From contig CAVQMO010000003.1 of the NCBI GenBank assembly GCA_963713605.1, positions 384,001 through 448,000 of the forward strand: a stretch of 64,000 nucleotides of DNA, read 5' to 3'. A program made the translations under genes and the position numbers. Positions 31,901 to 42,851 of the stretch are shown here, in pieces. Numbering within the stretch: the first letter of the stretch is position 1; each line of letters opens with the position of its first letter. The notes beneath the pieces are model-generated. The model saw nothing but the letters and a program-made list of their open reading frames with translations, was not told the DNA's origin and made no database searches. This DNA comes from an uncultured Nitrososphaerales archaeon. Lineage in GTDB: Archaea; Thermoproteota; Nitrososphaeria; Nitrososphaerales; Nitrososphaeraceae.

Positions 31901-32179
31901 ATGAAGATGCAGAAGGAGTTTCGGAAATTCTGCCCGAAATGTAAAACTCATACTACACAATCTATTTCTATATATAAGAAAGGTAAAGATAGGAAGATGG
32001 CCTTAGGCGCGAGGAGGCACGCTGAAGACAAGAAGGGCTACGGAGGACAGAAGTTTCCCGAACTCAAGAGAACGGCAAAGACCTCAAAGAAAATTACCCT
32101 GAAATACACCTGTAAGAATTGTCAAAGAAAGACCATGAAAGAGGGAATGAGGATCCGCAAATTGGAGATCCAACCATAA
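31901..32179 (+). CDS. rpl44e: 50S ribosomal protein L44e
   Basis: FCPKCKTHT, GYGGQKFP, CKNC. Confidence 0.97.
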   Translation: MKMQKEFRKFCPKCKTHTTQSISIYKKGKDRKMALGARRHAEDKKGYGGQKFPELKRTAKTSKKITLKYTCKNCQRKTMKEGMRIRKLEIQP

Positions 32180-32183
32180 CAAG

Positions 32184-32393
32184 GTGGTATTTGGTATGAA
32201 GAAAAACATGATCCTAATACCTAAACCTCGAACTTCATTTATTCTGATTCAATGCGGCCAATGCGATGAAAAGAGAATAGTATTCAGTCATACGACTGCT
32301 GATGTTTATTGTAAAAAATGCGGCGCCATGTTAGTGAAAAGAACAGGATCGAAGGCAGAAATCTTGGGCAAAGTCATAAACAATCTGGATTAA
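32184..32393 (+). CDS. rps27e: 30S ribosomal protein S27e
   Basis: IPKPRTSF..CGQC...VFSH...CKKCG. Confidence 0.95.
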   Translation: MVFGMKKNMILIPKPRTSFILIQCGQCDEKRIVFSHTTADVYCKKCGAMLVKRTGSKAEILGKVINNLD

Positions 32394-33018
32394 GTCGCCG
32401 AAGTAGTTGTTCGGCAACTCCTAGATCCCTTGTAGTATTTATATTGATAATGAGCTGTATCTCATTTACAATTGAATAGAATTCCTCGAATGGTTTGTCA
32501 GAGATAAGCGTGCCCAAATAGAAACCACACACGCCCGTGTAGCAATATTCCTTGTTGTCTAGGGCGAATAAGGAACTACAGGTTGTGCCAACGGAGCTAA
32601 CAAATGACTTTTCTGCAACTGCTGCTATACAAGTATTCTGAATAGATGGTGTGCACCTGCTAATTAATTTTCTGACGGTATGTGAATCAAGTAATGGCAA
32701 ATCCGATGGAAATGTAAAAACTTTCTGTTTAGGCATTGAATTTAGAGCCTTGGACAGGTCTTTGGAAAACCCCAGTCCGTCAGCAACCATCACTTCAATC
32801 TTGTTATCTGTTCCATAATACCTCTCTAAAAGCTGTGTAGTGTGCGGAGAACAAGGGCTCGATACGCATAGAATCCTGCTAAACTGGCCGGATAAAATCA
32901 CTGCATGTAAGACGTTTTCAATTAGCGTTTTACCCCCTATGCGCGCTAGTGGTTTTTCAATATTCTCTTGCGTAATGAACCTAGACCCTTTGCCACCACA
33001 CATTATCACAGCTATCAT
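32374..33018 (-). CDS. cobY: Adenosylcobinamide-phosphate guanylyltransferase
   Basis: MCGGKGSR, EKPL, PSDLPLL, NINTTRDL; start overlaps the cobS stop. Confidence 0.88.
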   Translation of the reverse strand: MIAVIMCGGKGSRFITQENIEKPLARIGGKTLIENVLHAVILSGQFSRILCVSSPCSPHTTQLLERYYGTDNKIEVMVADGLGFSKDLSKALNSMPKQKVFTFPSDLPLLDSHTVRKLISRCTPSIQNTCIAAVAEKSFVSSVGTTCSSLFALDNKEYCYTGVCGFYLGTLISDKPFEEFYSIVNEIQLIININTTRDLGVAEQLLRRLNPDCL

Positions 33019-33782
33019 ATTGAAATAAAACCCGACATAGACGATAGGAAGATGAGACAAGATAATCTAACAATTTCATTAGAAGCCCCCATAACATCTC
33101 CAGAAATTCCTCCAAAGCTCAAATGAGCAATATATTGAATTAATCCTGCAACAAGAAATGCAACTGCTAAAGTGATGAGACCTTCGTATCCAGTTACAAG
33201 GAACACTATAGCCAAGGTTATCAATGTACTAATCGTGAATTTCATTTTATTTTTCATGGCCAAGACAAAGGGAGAGCTAAGGCCATCCCAAGCAGCCTTG
33301 CCAAAATGGGCCTGTTGCACCATTATATATTTAGCAATTATCTCCGAAGTCAATAATAATGAAAGTAGAATAGTGCCATCATGAATTAATGACAGTGTCG
33401 TAAAAATGCCTATAAAATATAAAATCAAAGCTGTTGCCCCAGCCGATCCTATTGAATGGTCATGCATTGCATTTTTCCTTGATTCCCTTCCTCTCTTCGC
33501 CATCAATCCGTCGCCGAAATCAGCTAGTGCATCAGTGTGATGCAATCCGGTTATCAAAGTGATAAATAGGACAACGAGAAGGCTCGTTATTTTAGGTTCG
33601 AGCACAAGTGACAGACCGTACGCAACTAAACCTGCTGATAATCCAATCAGTGCTCCAACGAGCGGAAATAGGTACATATTTGTCGCTACGTATTTTATGC
33701 TGATCGGAGTTGATGGGCCATGCCAAGCAGAAGGGATTATCGTCAAGAACGAGACAACTGCGACAAACGGCCTAAATACCAA
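33015..33782 (-). CDS. cobS: Adenosylcobinamide-GDP ribazoletransferase (cobalamin synthase)
   Basis: FLTIIP, TGLHHTDALADFGDG, GGISGDVMGA. Confidence 0.95.
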   Translation of the reverse strand: MVFRPFVAVVSFLTIIPSAWHGPSTPISIKYVATNMYLFPLVGALIGLSAGLVAYGLSLVLEPKITSLLVVLFITLITGLHHTDALADFGDGLMAKRGRESRKNAMHDHSIGSAGATALILYFIGIFTTLSLIHDGTILLSLLLTSEIIAKYIMVQQAHFGKAAWDGLSSPFVLAMKNKMKFTISTLITLAIVFLVTGYEGLITLAVAFLVAGLIQYIAHLSFGGISGDVMGASNEIVRLSCLIFLSSMSGFISI

Positions 33783-34777
33783 AAATCAAGTTCCACCAAC
33801 CTAGATGAGACAGGACAAGAATAAGAGGAAGTGAAAAAACCAAACAGAAAAGCATGGTGGTCATCCTCATAATTTTGATGGCCAGCATACATTTATCAAC
33901 TGTCAAGAATTCGGTCCCTTCACCTAAAGCATAGCTACCCATTTTCTCAAGTCTCACTCTTAAAGCACCTGCCATAGAACTCATAGGGTATCCGGCATTG
34001 ATACTGGTTGTCTTGTGATGATCGCGGATGAGCATTGCTAGAGAATTTCTCCAATCTGCCTGAACCATGTAAGCTGAGACAACCATCAGAAGACCAGTTA
34101 TACGAGCGGGTAAGAAATTGAATATAGTATCTAGCTTGGCTGACATCCAACCTATATCTTTGTAGTATAGATCCTTGTATCCAAGCATGGAGTCTAGTGT
34201 ATTGACTACTCTAAAAGCTATGCAACCTACTGGACCGAGAATTGAATAAAAGAACAAAGGAGATATGATTCCATCGACAGTGCTTTCGCTAATGCATTCG
34301 ATAGTCGCAGATTGGATATATTCTTCATTCAGGCTACTAGTATCCCTCCTGACTATCATTGACAAATGGTATCTCAGCTTCATCCAATTTGCCTGCCTCT
34401 ATTGAACCGATGATCTGGATAGCAGATTTCTCCATTCCTTTCAATGCTATTGATATCTTTAACAAGACTGCAAACAGAATCAGGGTAATCAGTATTCCCA
34501 TGTAAAGAGCAGTTAACGAAGCCACGGCAATTGTCAGCAATGCTATGCCAAAAATAAGGCTACATGAAAACAAGATTCCTTTTACCTTTTCAATTTTATC
34601 CTGTGAAATGGAACTTACTATTACCTCACTATGTTTCAAATTCGGAGTTATGGATTCGATTAGGTTTCCGAGCCATGAAACTGGATGGTACCTATTCGGG
34701 GGGTCTCCAAACAACAAGTCTAGGAGCATCCCAAGACCTAAGCCACCCCCCAGAAGAACAAACAGCTCATAAATCAT
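33772..34777 (-). CDS. cbiB: Adenosylcobinamide-phosphate synthase CbiB (apparent frameshift near 34375)
   Basis: LDLLFGDPP..HPVSWLG in one frame; IVRRDT, ESTVDGIISP, VNTLDSMLGY and NAGYPM in the next. Confidence 0.92.
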
Positions 34778-35633
34778 TTTCTAATTCCAGTATATCCTTT
34801 GAGATTTTTTCTATGTCAAGCATTGGTTCGATTGCTCTTACCAAGTCTTGGATGTGCTCATCCAATGTTGTGTCAAGAGCAGCATTTGTATCACAAGGGT
34901 CTATACCATCAAGGGAATCCTCTTTTGGTAGGTTTAGCTTTACCTTGGCGACTACCCCGTAGAACTCCTTGTTTGTCATTATTTTGACAGTTGACATGGC
35001 CGATTCTAAAAGTGATTTATCCCCTAGAAATTTATTTATCATGAAGCCTCTGACAAGTTCTCTATCGAATGGTTTTAGAAGCGACATTGTCCCTACGATA
35101 CTGGCAAAGCATCCACCTCTTTCGATGTCTGCAACGATGATAACAGGAGCGCTTACTTTTCTTGCGAGAAGCATATTTGCGACATCATATTGTTGGATGT
35201 TAATCTCGGCTGGGGATCCTGCTCCCTCCATGATAACTATGTCATTGTCGTTTCTGAGGCTATCCAAAGAATTAAGAATAACTGGAAATGCGTACTGCAA
35301 CACAAATTTTTGGTAGTAATCTTTTGCATGCATAAGCCCACGAGAATGACCCTCTACTATTACATCACTTACATAGTTACCGTGTGGTTCAAGTAGAATT
35401 GGATTCATTCTTACATCAGGATTTTTTCTAGACGCGAAAGCTTGAACTGCCTGAGCCATTGAAATCATCTCTGAAGTGCCTTCAATTGCGTAAATTTTTG
35501 ATGACATATTTTGAGATTTAAATGGTGCAACCTTGTATCCTCTGTTTGCAAAAATCCTACATAACACAGTAACAATCGTAGTTTTTCCTGAACCTGAGGA
35601 CGTACCTTGAATCATCAAGATTTTTGCAGTCAT
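34767..35633 (-). CDS. cbiP: Cobyric acid synthase, synthetase domain only
   Basis: QGTSSGSGKT, APFKSQNMS, EGAGSPAEIN, DIERGG, LPKEDS. Confidence 0.9.
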   Translation of the reverse strand: MTAKILMIQGTSSGSGKTTIVTVLCRIFANRGYKVAPFKSQNMSSKIYAIEGTSEMISMAQAVQAFASRKNPDVRMNPILLEPHGNYVSDVIVEGHSRGLMHAKDYYQKFVLQYAFPVILNSLDSLRNDNDIVIMEGAGSPAEINIQQYDVANMLLARKVSAPVIIVADIERGGCFASIVGTMSLLKPFDRELVRGFMINKFLGDKSLLESAMSTVKIMTNKEFYGVVAKVKLNLPKEDSLDGIDPCDTNAALDTTLDEHIQDLVRAIEPMLDIEKISKDILELENDL

Positions 35634-36718
35634 GGATCCATTGATTTTAAAGCATCTATAAGAATGGCGTTTTCTCTATGTTTTTTAACAGCAACGCGAA
35701 TATGCTTTAGGCCCATTCCAGTAAACGTACTACAGTCACGTACCAATATTCCTTTATTGTTTAGGAGATAATCACGCACTTCAGTTGAGCTTTGATCTGA
35801 AACGTCTATCAAAAAGAAATTGACGTCAGATGGCATCGGAAAAAATTTCGTCGTCTTTTTTAGCTCGTTAATCATAAAATCTCTTTCGCGTCGTATCAGT
35901 CTTTTGGATTTTTCTATATATGATGCATCCTTTAAGACCATCATCCCTAATTTTTGAGCTATACCATTAACGTTCCAAGGAATCTTGTTATCGAGCATGA
36001 GATTTATCAGATTCGGGTTGCATACACAATACCCTAATCTGATGCCTGCTAAACTAAACGACTTTGTCATCGATCTCAGTATCACCAGGTTTTTGTACTC
36101 TGAAACCATTTCGATCATGCTATTCTTTTTGCCACTTCCTTCTACTAATTCAATAAAACATTCATCCATGAAGATCTGAATATTTGGATCAATATTTTCA
36201 ATGATTTTTCGCGCCGATACTGTTGATAATATTCCTGTTGGGTTGTTCGGATTACAAAGGAAAACTGCGTCGCACCCCTCATTTGATTCTTTCAATATTT
36301 TCTCAGTATCAGGTTCCCAATTTTTTAAAGGAACAAATTTGACCGTTGCTCCCGATCTTCTGGCCGAAAGTTCATATTCACAAAAGGTGGGGGCAGAAAT
36401 TACTACCTTCCTCTGAATGAACGTACGTGCGAAAATGTGGATTAGTTCGGTGGCACCATTACCTATTAATAACCACGATGGGTCTAGTCCTAATCCTAAG
36501 TAATCCAGAATGCTATCCTTTAATTCCCCACAGGACGGGTCAGGATAATCTGTACAGAGACTACTTAATTCTCTACACACGCCATTTAGCAAATCCTTTG
36601 AAATTCCTAGAGGGTTGATGTTGGAGCTAAAATCAAGCTGAACCAATGCAGGATTAACCGAGTATATTCCTCCATGAAAACAATCTTGATTCGACCTATT
36701 TGTCGTCATCGAATTCAC
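35630..36718 (-). CDS. cobD: L-threonine-O-3-phosphate decarboxylase
   Basis: HGG, DFSSNINPLG, GNGATE, CNPNNPTG, RSMTKSFSLAGIRLGY; first gene of the cob cluster. Confidence 0.9.
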   Translation of the reverse strand: MNSMTTNRSNQDCFHGGIYSVNPALVQLDFSSNINPLGISKDLLNGVCRELSSLCTDYPDPSCGELKDSILDYLGLGLDPSWLLIGNGATELIHIFARTFIQRKVVISAPTFCEYELSARRSGATVKFVPLKNWEPDTEKILKESNEGCDAVFLCNPNNPTGILSTVSARKIIENIDPNIQIFMDECFIELVEGSGKKNSMIEMVSEYKNLVILRSMTKSFSLAGIRLGYCVCNPNLINLMLDNKIPWNVNGIAQKLGMMVLKDASYIEKSKRLIRRERDFMINELKKTTKFFPMPSDVNFFLIDVSDQSSTEVRDYLLNNKGILVRDCSTFTGMGLKHIRVAVKKHRENAILIDALKSMDP

Positions 36719-36843
36719 TACTAGCTAATTTCCTCCAGCATAATAGTGTAGACGCTAGATATTAGGAGGCATTGGACATATTTTCTGAGGACTGAATGCT
36801 TTTCGTGGAAAGATTATTAATTGCAGTTTACTAAGCCAACCTG

Positions 36844-37919
36844 ATGTTGAAGGTAGCACTAATCGGCGCCACTGGAGCGGTAGGCCAAGAGTTTGTACTG
36901 GCGTTAAACAAGCATCCCTGGTTTGAATTGTCTGCAGTCGTCTCATCTTCAAGATCAGCTGGAAAAAAGTACGTGGATTCTTTAAGGGATCCCACTTCGG
37001 CAATTTTGAGATGGCATAGTAGGAACGAAATTCCTGATTACGTTCGCGATATGATTGTCACTACTGTAGATCATATCAGGCCAGAATCGTTTGACCTTGT
37101 ATTCACTGCGCTGGAATCAGACGATGCTCTCAAAATAGAGCCTAATTTTGCGAAATCTGTACCTGTCATAAGTACTGGAGCAGCATTCAGATATGAAAGC
37201 GATGTACCCATAGTTATACCTGGAATAAATGAAGATCATATTGATCTGTTGAATGTCCAGAAAAGGCAACGCAAATGGAAAGGCTTCGTATGTCCATTAC
37301 CTAACTGCACCACTACAGGACTAGTGATTACACTAAAACCTATCATGGAAAGTGCAGGTCTAAAAAGCGTGATCATGACATCGATGCAAGCCATCTCGGG
37401 GGCAGGTAGATCGCCGGGAGTTGTAGCTTTAGACATTATGGATAATGTAATACCGTATATTCCCAAAGAGGAAGAAAAGGTCCAAGTAGAGACGAAGAAG
37501 ATCCTTGGTAAATTCAATAAAGATTCTGTAAGCCCAGCTGATCTTAAAGTTAGCTGTACATGACGACAGTACCTGTATTGGACGGTCACACTGAGGCTGT
37601 GTTCGTGGAAACAGAGAAACCTCTGGAACCAGACGAGGTGAGGCGACTCATGATTAACTTTTCGAACTCTGTTACCATCCGAAAACTACCTTCCGCCCCC
37701 AAAGATTACATTATCGTACATGACGATCCTACTAGACCACAACCCCGCATCGATCGAGAGATCAATGATGGAATGACAACCGTGGTTGGGAGACTAAGAA
37801 AGGACTCGGTCTTTGACAATGGCATAAAGTATGTGTTGCTGTCACACAACGAAAAGATGGGATCAGCGAAAGGAGCTGTTTTGATGGCTGAACTGCTAAA
37901 AGATAAAGAGATTCTATAA
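36844..37919 (+). CDS. asd: Aspartate-semialdehyde dehydrogenase, archaeal type (apparent frameshift near 37562)
   Basis: GATGAVG, PNCTT, QAISGAG, then VPVLDGHT, PQPR and SHN..GSAKG in a shifted frame. Confidence 0.92.
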
Positions 37920-38010
37920 TCTTAATTTATTCTTCTAAAAAACAGCGCTATATTTTGAAAATAATACATTTATTAACCCCTCTGGATGTAAAGATATCTA
38001 AGAGCGATAT

Positions 38011-38475
38011 ATGGGTAGAATTGACGATTTTGACCTGAAAATTCTCAGTGAGCTCTCCAAAGACGCTAGTATTTCTGTTCCGAAACTTTCCAAATCAATT
38101 AGTGTTAATTCCTCGGTTGTATATAGCAGGATTAAGAGACTCCTAAAGATGGGTTTCATAAAGAAATTCACCATAGTGATTAATGATGAGGCTCTTGGTT
38201 TCAACGTGAGAGCCCTCACTGGAATAAATATGGACTCAAAGATGAGAGATAATGTTCTAAATGAATTGTTCAAGATTCCAGAAGTGCGAGAGGTTGCAGA
38301 AGTGACAGGAAGATTCGACATATTAGTAACCATGAGTTCTAAATCTCTCGATGAGATGCATCAATTGATATCAGAAAAAGTGGGTAGAATAGAGGGCGTG
38401 CAGAAGACAGAAACATTCATTGAAATGCGCAAGACCGTAAGAGAACTGCTCTATTCGCATTCAATAGCCCAATAA
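38011..38475 (+). CDS. Lrp/AsnC family transcriptional regulator
   Basis: DDFDLKIL HTH, VTGRFDI, GVQKTET. Confidence 0.92.
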   Translation: MGRIDDFDLKILSELSKDASISVPKLSKSISVNSSVVYSRIKRLLKMGFIKKFTIVINDEALGFNVRALTGINMDSKMRDNVLNELFKIPEVREVAEVTGRFDILVTMSSKSLDEMHQLISEKVGRIEGVQKTETFIEMRKTVRELLYSHSIAQ

Positions 38476-38569
38476 CGACTGAAATGGCAATCGGAAATTT
38501 AGATGGCAGGATACGATATTAATATATTTAGTTAGATCACTACTGTCAACGTTGGAAGGACAATAACAG

Positions 38570-39466
38570 ATGGATACCTTAACTACCTCTGCATCATTTG
38601 GCAGAGTTTTCCGAGACTATTACGAGCTCACAAAGCCAAAGATATGGTATCTATTAGTCTTTACTGCCTTTGCCTCCGCTCTAACTGCGTCCTTCCTGTT
38701 CGACATCCCTATTAATGCGATGATGTGGCTTTTGTTAATTCTCGGTGTGGCAGCAGGATCAGCAGCCGCTGACACCTTGACAGGATACAACGATCGGGAT
38801 ATTGATGCAATTATGGACCGAACAAAAGGACGTCCAATTCCATCAGGAAGAATAACCCCGAGAAATGCCTTTATCTTTGGAATTATCCTGACGGCAGTAT
38901 CGCTTATTTGTTCGTGGTTTTTGAATATTTATGCATTCGCGCTGATGGCGTTCGGTCTATTTGACAATATAATTGTGTATAGTAAGTGGCTGAAGCGAAC
39001 TAGTCAGGCTAATATAGTTCTTGGGGGGTTCTCCGGAGGAGCACCTGCCATGATAGGATATGTCGCTGTCACTACACAAAATATTGAGATTGGGATCATT
39101 ATGGCGGGATTGGTTTTCCTGTGGATTCCAACCCATATTTGGAGCCTTGCGCTTCATTCGAGGAAAGATTATGCGAAGGCAGGGATACCAATGCTACCGG
39201 TCGTTCAGAATGAGAAAAAATCTGTTAGGATTATTGCAATCACCACAATATTAATGGTTCTTTTCAGCATATTTCCTTTCTTTCTCAACAAATTTGGGAT
39301 TGCTTATGTATTAACAGCCACTGTTTTCGGTGCTGCCATGTTAGCATTATCGCTGTGGTTACTAGCTAGACCTAGTGAAAAGGCTGCATGGACCGTTTTC
39401 AAATTCTCTAGCCCTTACCTGACTGCAATCTTTATAGCTTTTATAGTTGATGCATTGTTGCACTAG
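38570..39466 (+). CDS. cyoE: Protoheme IX farnesyltransferase (heme o synthase)
   Basis: ELTKP, DRDIDAIMDRTKGRPIPSG, LWIPTH, DYAKAGIPMLP. Confidence 0.95.
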   Translation: MDTLTTSASFGRVFRDYYELTKPKIWYLLVFTAFASALTASFLFDIPINAMMWLLLILGVAAGSAAADTLTGYNDRDIDAIMDRTKGRPIPSGRITPRNAFIFGIILTAVSLICSWFLNIYAFALMAFGLFDNIIVYSKWLKRTSQANIVLGGFSGGAPAMIGYVAVTTQNIEIGIIMAGLVFLWIPTHIWSLALHSRKDYAKAGIPMLPVVQNEKKSVRIIAITTILMVLFSIFPFFLNKFGIAYVLTATVFGAAMLALSLWLLARPSEKAAWTVFKFSSPYLTAIFIAFIVDALLH

Positions 39467-39473
39467 ACACTAC

Positions 39474-40184
39474 TCATTGCACAAGATTCTTTTCGCATTC
39501 ATAGACTAACCGCGCTACTACAACGTGTGCTTCAAGTCCTATTTTTGATATGCTGTATAAGTCAGTAAATTTCCCAGTAGTTGTTTTCGAAAAATGCCCT
39601 CTGGGGAAACCTCCCACTACGAATGCGCACGACGACAATGAATTTAAGGAGAGAGAGGTAGAGACAATCTTCTCCAAGGTCGAAGGAGCTCCAATTGAGG
39701 AGAAGCCTATCACTTGCTTTGGTCTTATTGTTTGGTCTATCAGTTGGTTAAAGGCTACTCCCTCGTTCAATTCCAACATTACTTGGGCCCTATTTCTGTT
39801 CCTTATCCTCTTCTTCTTAAAGAGGTCTGCCATTAGTCCATCAAATCTAGAGTAGGATTTTGGAAACCGAACCCCTTCTCCAATCATAATACTGTTACTG
39901 TCTATTGTTGAAATGTATACTTTGATCTTGTTATTAAGATAAAGCGGAGAGGACATCACTGCCGCCAATGAGAGATGCACAATGTCAGGCCTGCCATGCT
40001 TTAGTAGGGTTGGGTCAGTTTTCATTGCATCATGATGATAACTCCTATCAAGAAATGTTTCTCCCGGACTCCTCCCTAGTCTCGCGGCATGAGCCCTCAC
40101 CGCTTGATGATTTTGCAGATTACGAGGAACCAGCTCCAATGCAGCTTCTGCGATAACTATGGAGCATACATATTCCTGCTTCAT
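39474..40184 (-). CDS. nep1: 16S rRNA pseudouridine N1-methyltransferase Nep1/Emg1
   Basis: EAALELVP, GRPDIVH, RFPKSYSRF, VGGFPRGHF. Confidence 0.93.
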   Translation of the reverse strand: MKQEYVCSIVIAEAALELVPRNLQNHQAVRAHAARLGRSPGETFLDRSYHHDAMKTDPTLLKHGRPDIVHLSLAAVMSSPLYLNNKIKVYISTIDSNSIMIGEGVRFPKSYSRFDGLMADLFKKKRIRNRNRAQVMLELNEGVAFNQLIDQTIRPKQVIGFSSIGAPSTLEKIVSTSLSLNSLSSCAFVVGGFPRGHFSKTTTGKFTDLYSISKIGLEAHVVVARLVYECEKNLVQ

Positions 40185-40377
40185 GCAGCCAGACAGAAAA
40201 GAGGTTCAAAGTCTCCATAAAATAAATCTATACACTCTTTCGTAACGCTTGTCCATTTTTTATTGTCGGTGACAATTTTCAATACTAACAGCCGGCTAGG
40301 TTACGTATAATAAGTTAGCATAATGATTTATCTAGATCAGCGTAGACTATACCATAATATCTTCCAAAAGGCGTAAC

Positions 40378-40665
40378 ATGGAAACAGCGAAGGAACGAAT
40401 AGACATCTTAATTGATGCTGCATTGTATTATTCTAAGATAGATAACAAGTTGTCAGATGATCAAGCTCATCTGGCTAAAAAAATTGCAATGAGGGTTCGT
40501 ACCAGACTTCCCTACAACATCAAACAACTTTTTTGTAAGCAATGCAAAGAATTTATCATCCCAGGAAAGAGTGCAAGAATTAGACTTGGAGGATCAAATA
40601 CGAAATGTATCAGAATTAGCTGTTATCGTTGCGGCCACATTTATCGGAAAGTTCTCTCTGCTTAA
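40378..40665 (+). CDS. rnp4: RNase P protein subunit Rpp21
   Basis: AKERI, FCKQC...PG, CYRCG. Confidence 0.9.
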   Translation: METAKERIDILIDAALYYSKIDNKLSDDQAHLAKKIAMRVRTRLPYNIKQLFCKQCKEFIIPGKSARIRLGGSNTKCIRISCYRCGHIYRKVLSA

Positions 40666-40869
40666 TTCTTGAACCAACTTATTTTGCCTTTTTGTAGGAA
40701 TTGAAATGTAGCAATCGATTGAACCTTGCACTTTTAAGTAAACTAAGAACAAATACTTCGATTTGGATTTGGTCGTTCCTACTCCAGGCAAAATGAAAAT
40801 TGGAATTACAATTGAATGATGTCGGTAATAATTTATAAGGAGATAGAAGAGGCTAATACATAGTGTATA

Positions 40870-41319
40870 ATGGCAAAGGTGTATGATATCCCTGCTACAG
40901 ACCTTATTGTAAAATTGGCTGAACGATTAAAAAAGGATAAAAAGATAGAGCCACCAGCTTGGTCGGCATATGTGAAAACAGGCTCTCATGTGGAAAAGAT
41001 TCCCCAGAACAGAGACTGGTGGTATGTCAGATGCGCTTCACTTGTAAGAAAGGTGTATCTACACGGCCCAATAGGCACATCTGACCTAAGAAGTATGTAT
41101 GGTGGAAGGAAAAGAATCGGGTACAACCTCGACCATCATCGGGATGCTGGTGGTTCGATTATTAGAAAGGCATTGCAACAGCTTGAATCAGCTGGTTATC
41201 TGACAAAGAAGAAGGAGGGAAGACTAATGAGTGATGAAGGGATGAAGAAGATCGACAGACTTGCTACAGAGATCTATAAGGAGATTCATACAATACCTAA
41301 TCTGCAAAGATACGCTTAA
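40870..41319 (+). CDS. rps19e: 30S ribosomal protein S19e
   Basis: WSAYVKTG, DWWYVRCAS, GSIIRKALQQLE. Confidence 0.97.
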   Translation: MAKVYDIPATDLIVKLAERLKKDKKIEPPAWSAYVKTGSHVEKIPQNRDWWYVRCASLVRKVYLHGPIGTSDLRSMYGGRKRIGYNLDHHRDAGGSIIRKALQQLESAGYLTKKKEGRLMSDEGMKKIDRLATEIYKEIHTIPNLQRYA

Positions 41320-41337
41320 TGGAAAAGGAAAGCTAAG

Positions 41338-41628
41338 ATGTCTGTAAATCAACCTTCTCCAGATCCAAATGAAGAAGAATTAAAGAAACGTGAGGCTGAA
41401 ACCGCGATGCGACAGCGCGCACTGACATTCTTATTGGATCAGACTGCGAGGCAAAGGCTTACTAACATAAGGATGGTTAAACCTGAACTAGCAACAGCCG
41501 TAGAAAATTATCTTATAAGCTCAGCCTCCTCAGGGAGGTTGAACAGGGCGCTAACCGATGAGGAACTTAAACAAATACTATTAAATATACAACAGCCAAA
41601 AAAGGAATTTAGGATCAATAGGGTTTAA
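41338..41628 (+). CDS. PDCD5-like DNA-binding protein
   Basis: ARQRLTNIRMVKPELATAVE, TDEELKQIL; usual position after rps19e. Confidence 0.92.
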   Translation: MSVNQPSPDPNEEELKKREAETAMRQRALTFLLDQTARQRLTNIRMVKPELATAVENYLISSASSGRLNRALTDEELKQILLNIQQPKKEFRINRV

Positions 41629-41640
41629 GTTCTCCAAGGT

Positions 41641-41660
41641 CAACCAACCAACCAACCAAC
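41641..41660. repeat. (CAAC)x5 microsatellite
   Basis: CAACCAACCAACCAACCAAC. Confidence 0.85.
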
Positions 41661-41786
41661 TAACCCTCCAGAAGACAGTGTGTGTAGCGCTGAGCCACCG
41701 ATGAATACAGATGGAATGTTTTTCACCGTGTCTAAATCGATTCCTTTGAGTTAACTATATTAAGTCTAGCGGGGGTTTTCAACTTC

Positions 41787-42836
41787 ATGAAAGCAGCCAT
41801 TTTCAGAGAATATAACAAGGATCCTACGAAGAATGTCAAGATCGAAGATACAGATATGCCCAAATTAGGTCAGAATGAGGTCATGATAAAAGTGGAAGCT
41901 GCGGCCTACAATTATAATGATCTTTGGGCAATTTGGGGGGATCCCATTAAAGTACCTCTGCCTCATATTTCCGGTAGTGATTCGGCGGGTCATGTAGCCG
42001 AAGTTGGTGAAAACGTTACTAAAATCAAGGTTGGAGATCGTGTCGTTTCACATTCCAATATGAGCTGTAGGGTGTGTAATTTTTGTACCTCAGGCCGTGA
42101 ATATGATTGTGCTGAAAGAACTATTTGGGGATTTCAGACTGGTCCTTTATGGGGCGGGTTTGCACAATACACCCGATTACCAGAAGTTAACGTTGCAAAG
42201 CTCCCTGATAACGTGTCATTCAATGACGCGGCAGCGATATCCATGGTAGGAATGACGGCATGGCACATGCTAGTTGGAAGGGCCAAGATAACACCAGGTC
42301 AGACAGTGCTAATCATGGGCGGCACAAGTGGAGTGGGAATGGCAGGAATTCAAATTGCAAAGTTGTATAACTGTGATGTCATTGCTACGGCAGGAAACAA
42401 AGAGAAGATGGACAAATGCCTCGAATTGGGTGCAGATCATGTCGTCAACCATAGGGAGCCAGATTGGCACAAAAAAGTCAGAGAAATTACAAACAAACAG
42501 GGTGTTGATGTAGTGTTTGAACATATTGGGAAAGCTACTTTTGCACAGGAAGTATCTCTTCTCAAGATGGGCGGAACACTAGTGGCAACTGGAGCAACGA
42601 CTGGATATGATTCTCAGCTAGACCTGCGGTATCTTTTCTTCAAAGGAACTAATTTATTGGGTTCAACACAAGGAACCAAAGCAGAGTTAGAAGAAGTAAT
42701 ACACTGGACAAATAAAGGCAAGATTAAACCATTAATCAGCACAGTTTTACCATTTAGCGAAATGGTTCAGGGTCATGTCATGATGGCACAGGGCGAACAA
42801 ATAGGAAAGATATTGACAACGCCACACAAGCTCTAG
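41787..42836 (+). CDS. Zn-dependent medium-chain dehydrogenase/reductase (candidate acryloyl-CoA reductase of the 3HP/4HB cycle)
   Basis: LPHISGSD, structural-Zn CRVCNFC...C, WGFQTGPLWGG, GGTSGVG. The specific function is inference. Confidence 0.85.
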   Translation: MKAAIFREYNKDPTKNVKIEDTDMPKLGQNEVMIKVEAAAYNYNDLWAIWGDPIKVPLPHISGSDSAGHVAEVGENVTKIKVGDRVVSHSNMSCRVCNFCTSGREYDCAERTIWGFQTGPLWGGFAQYTRLPEVNVAKLPDNVSFNDAAAISMVGMTAWHMLVGRAKITPGQTVLIMGGTSGVGMAGIQIAKLYNCDVIATAGNKEKMDKCLELGADHVVNHREPDWHKKVREITNKQGVDVVFEHIGKATFAQEVSLLKMGGTLVATGATTGYDSQLDLRYLFFKGTNLLGSTQGTKAELEEVIHWTNKGKIKPLISTVLPFSEMVQGHVMMAQGEQIGKILTTPHKL

Positions 42837-42851
42837 ACTCATCCGTAGTGA

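Noticed and set aside
37561..37563. In-frame TGA at a Cys position of asd read as selenocysteine
   Set aside because: The downstream sequence continues in a different frame, so this is a 1-nt deletion rather than readthrough.
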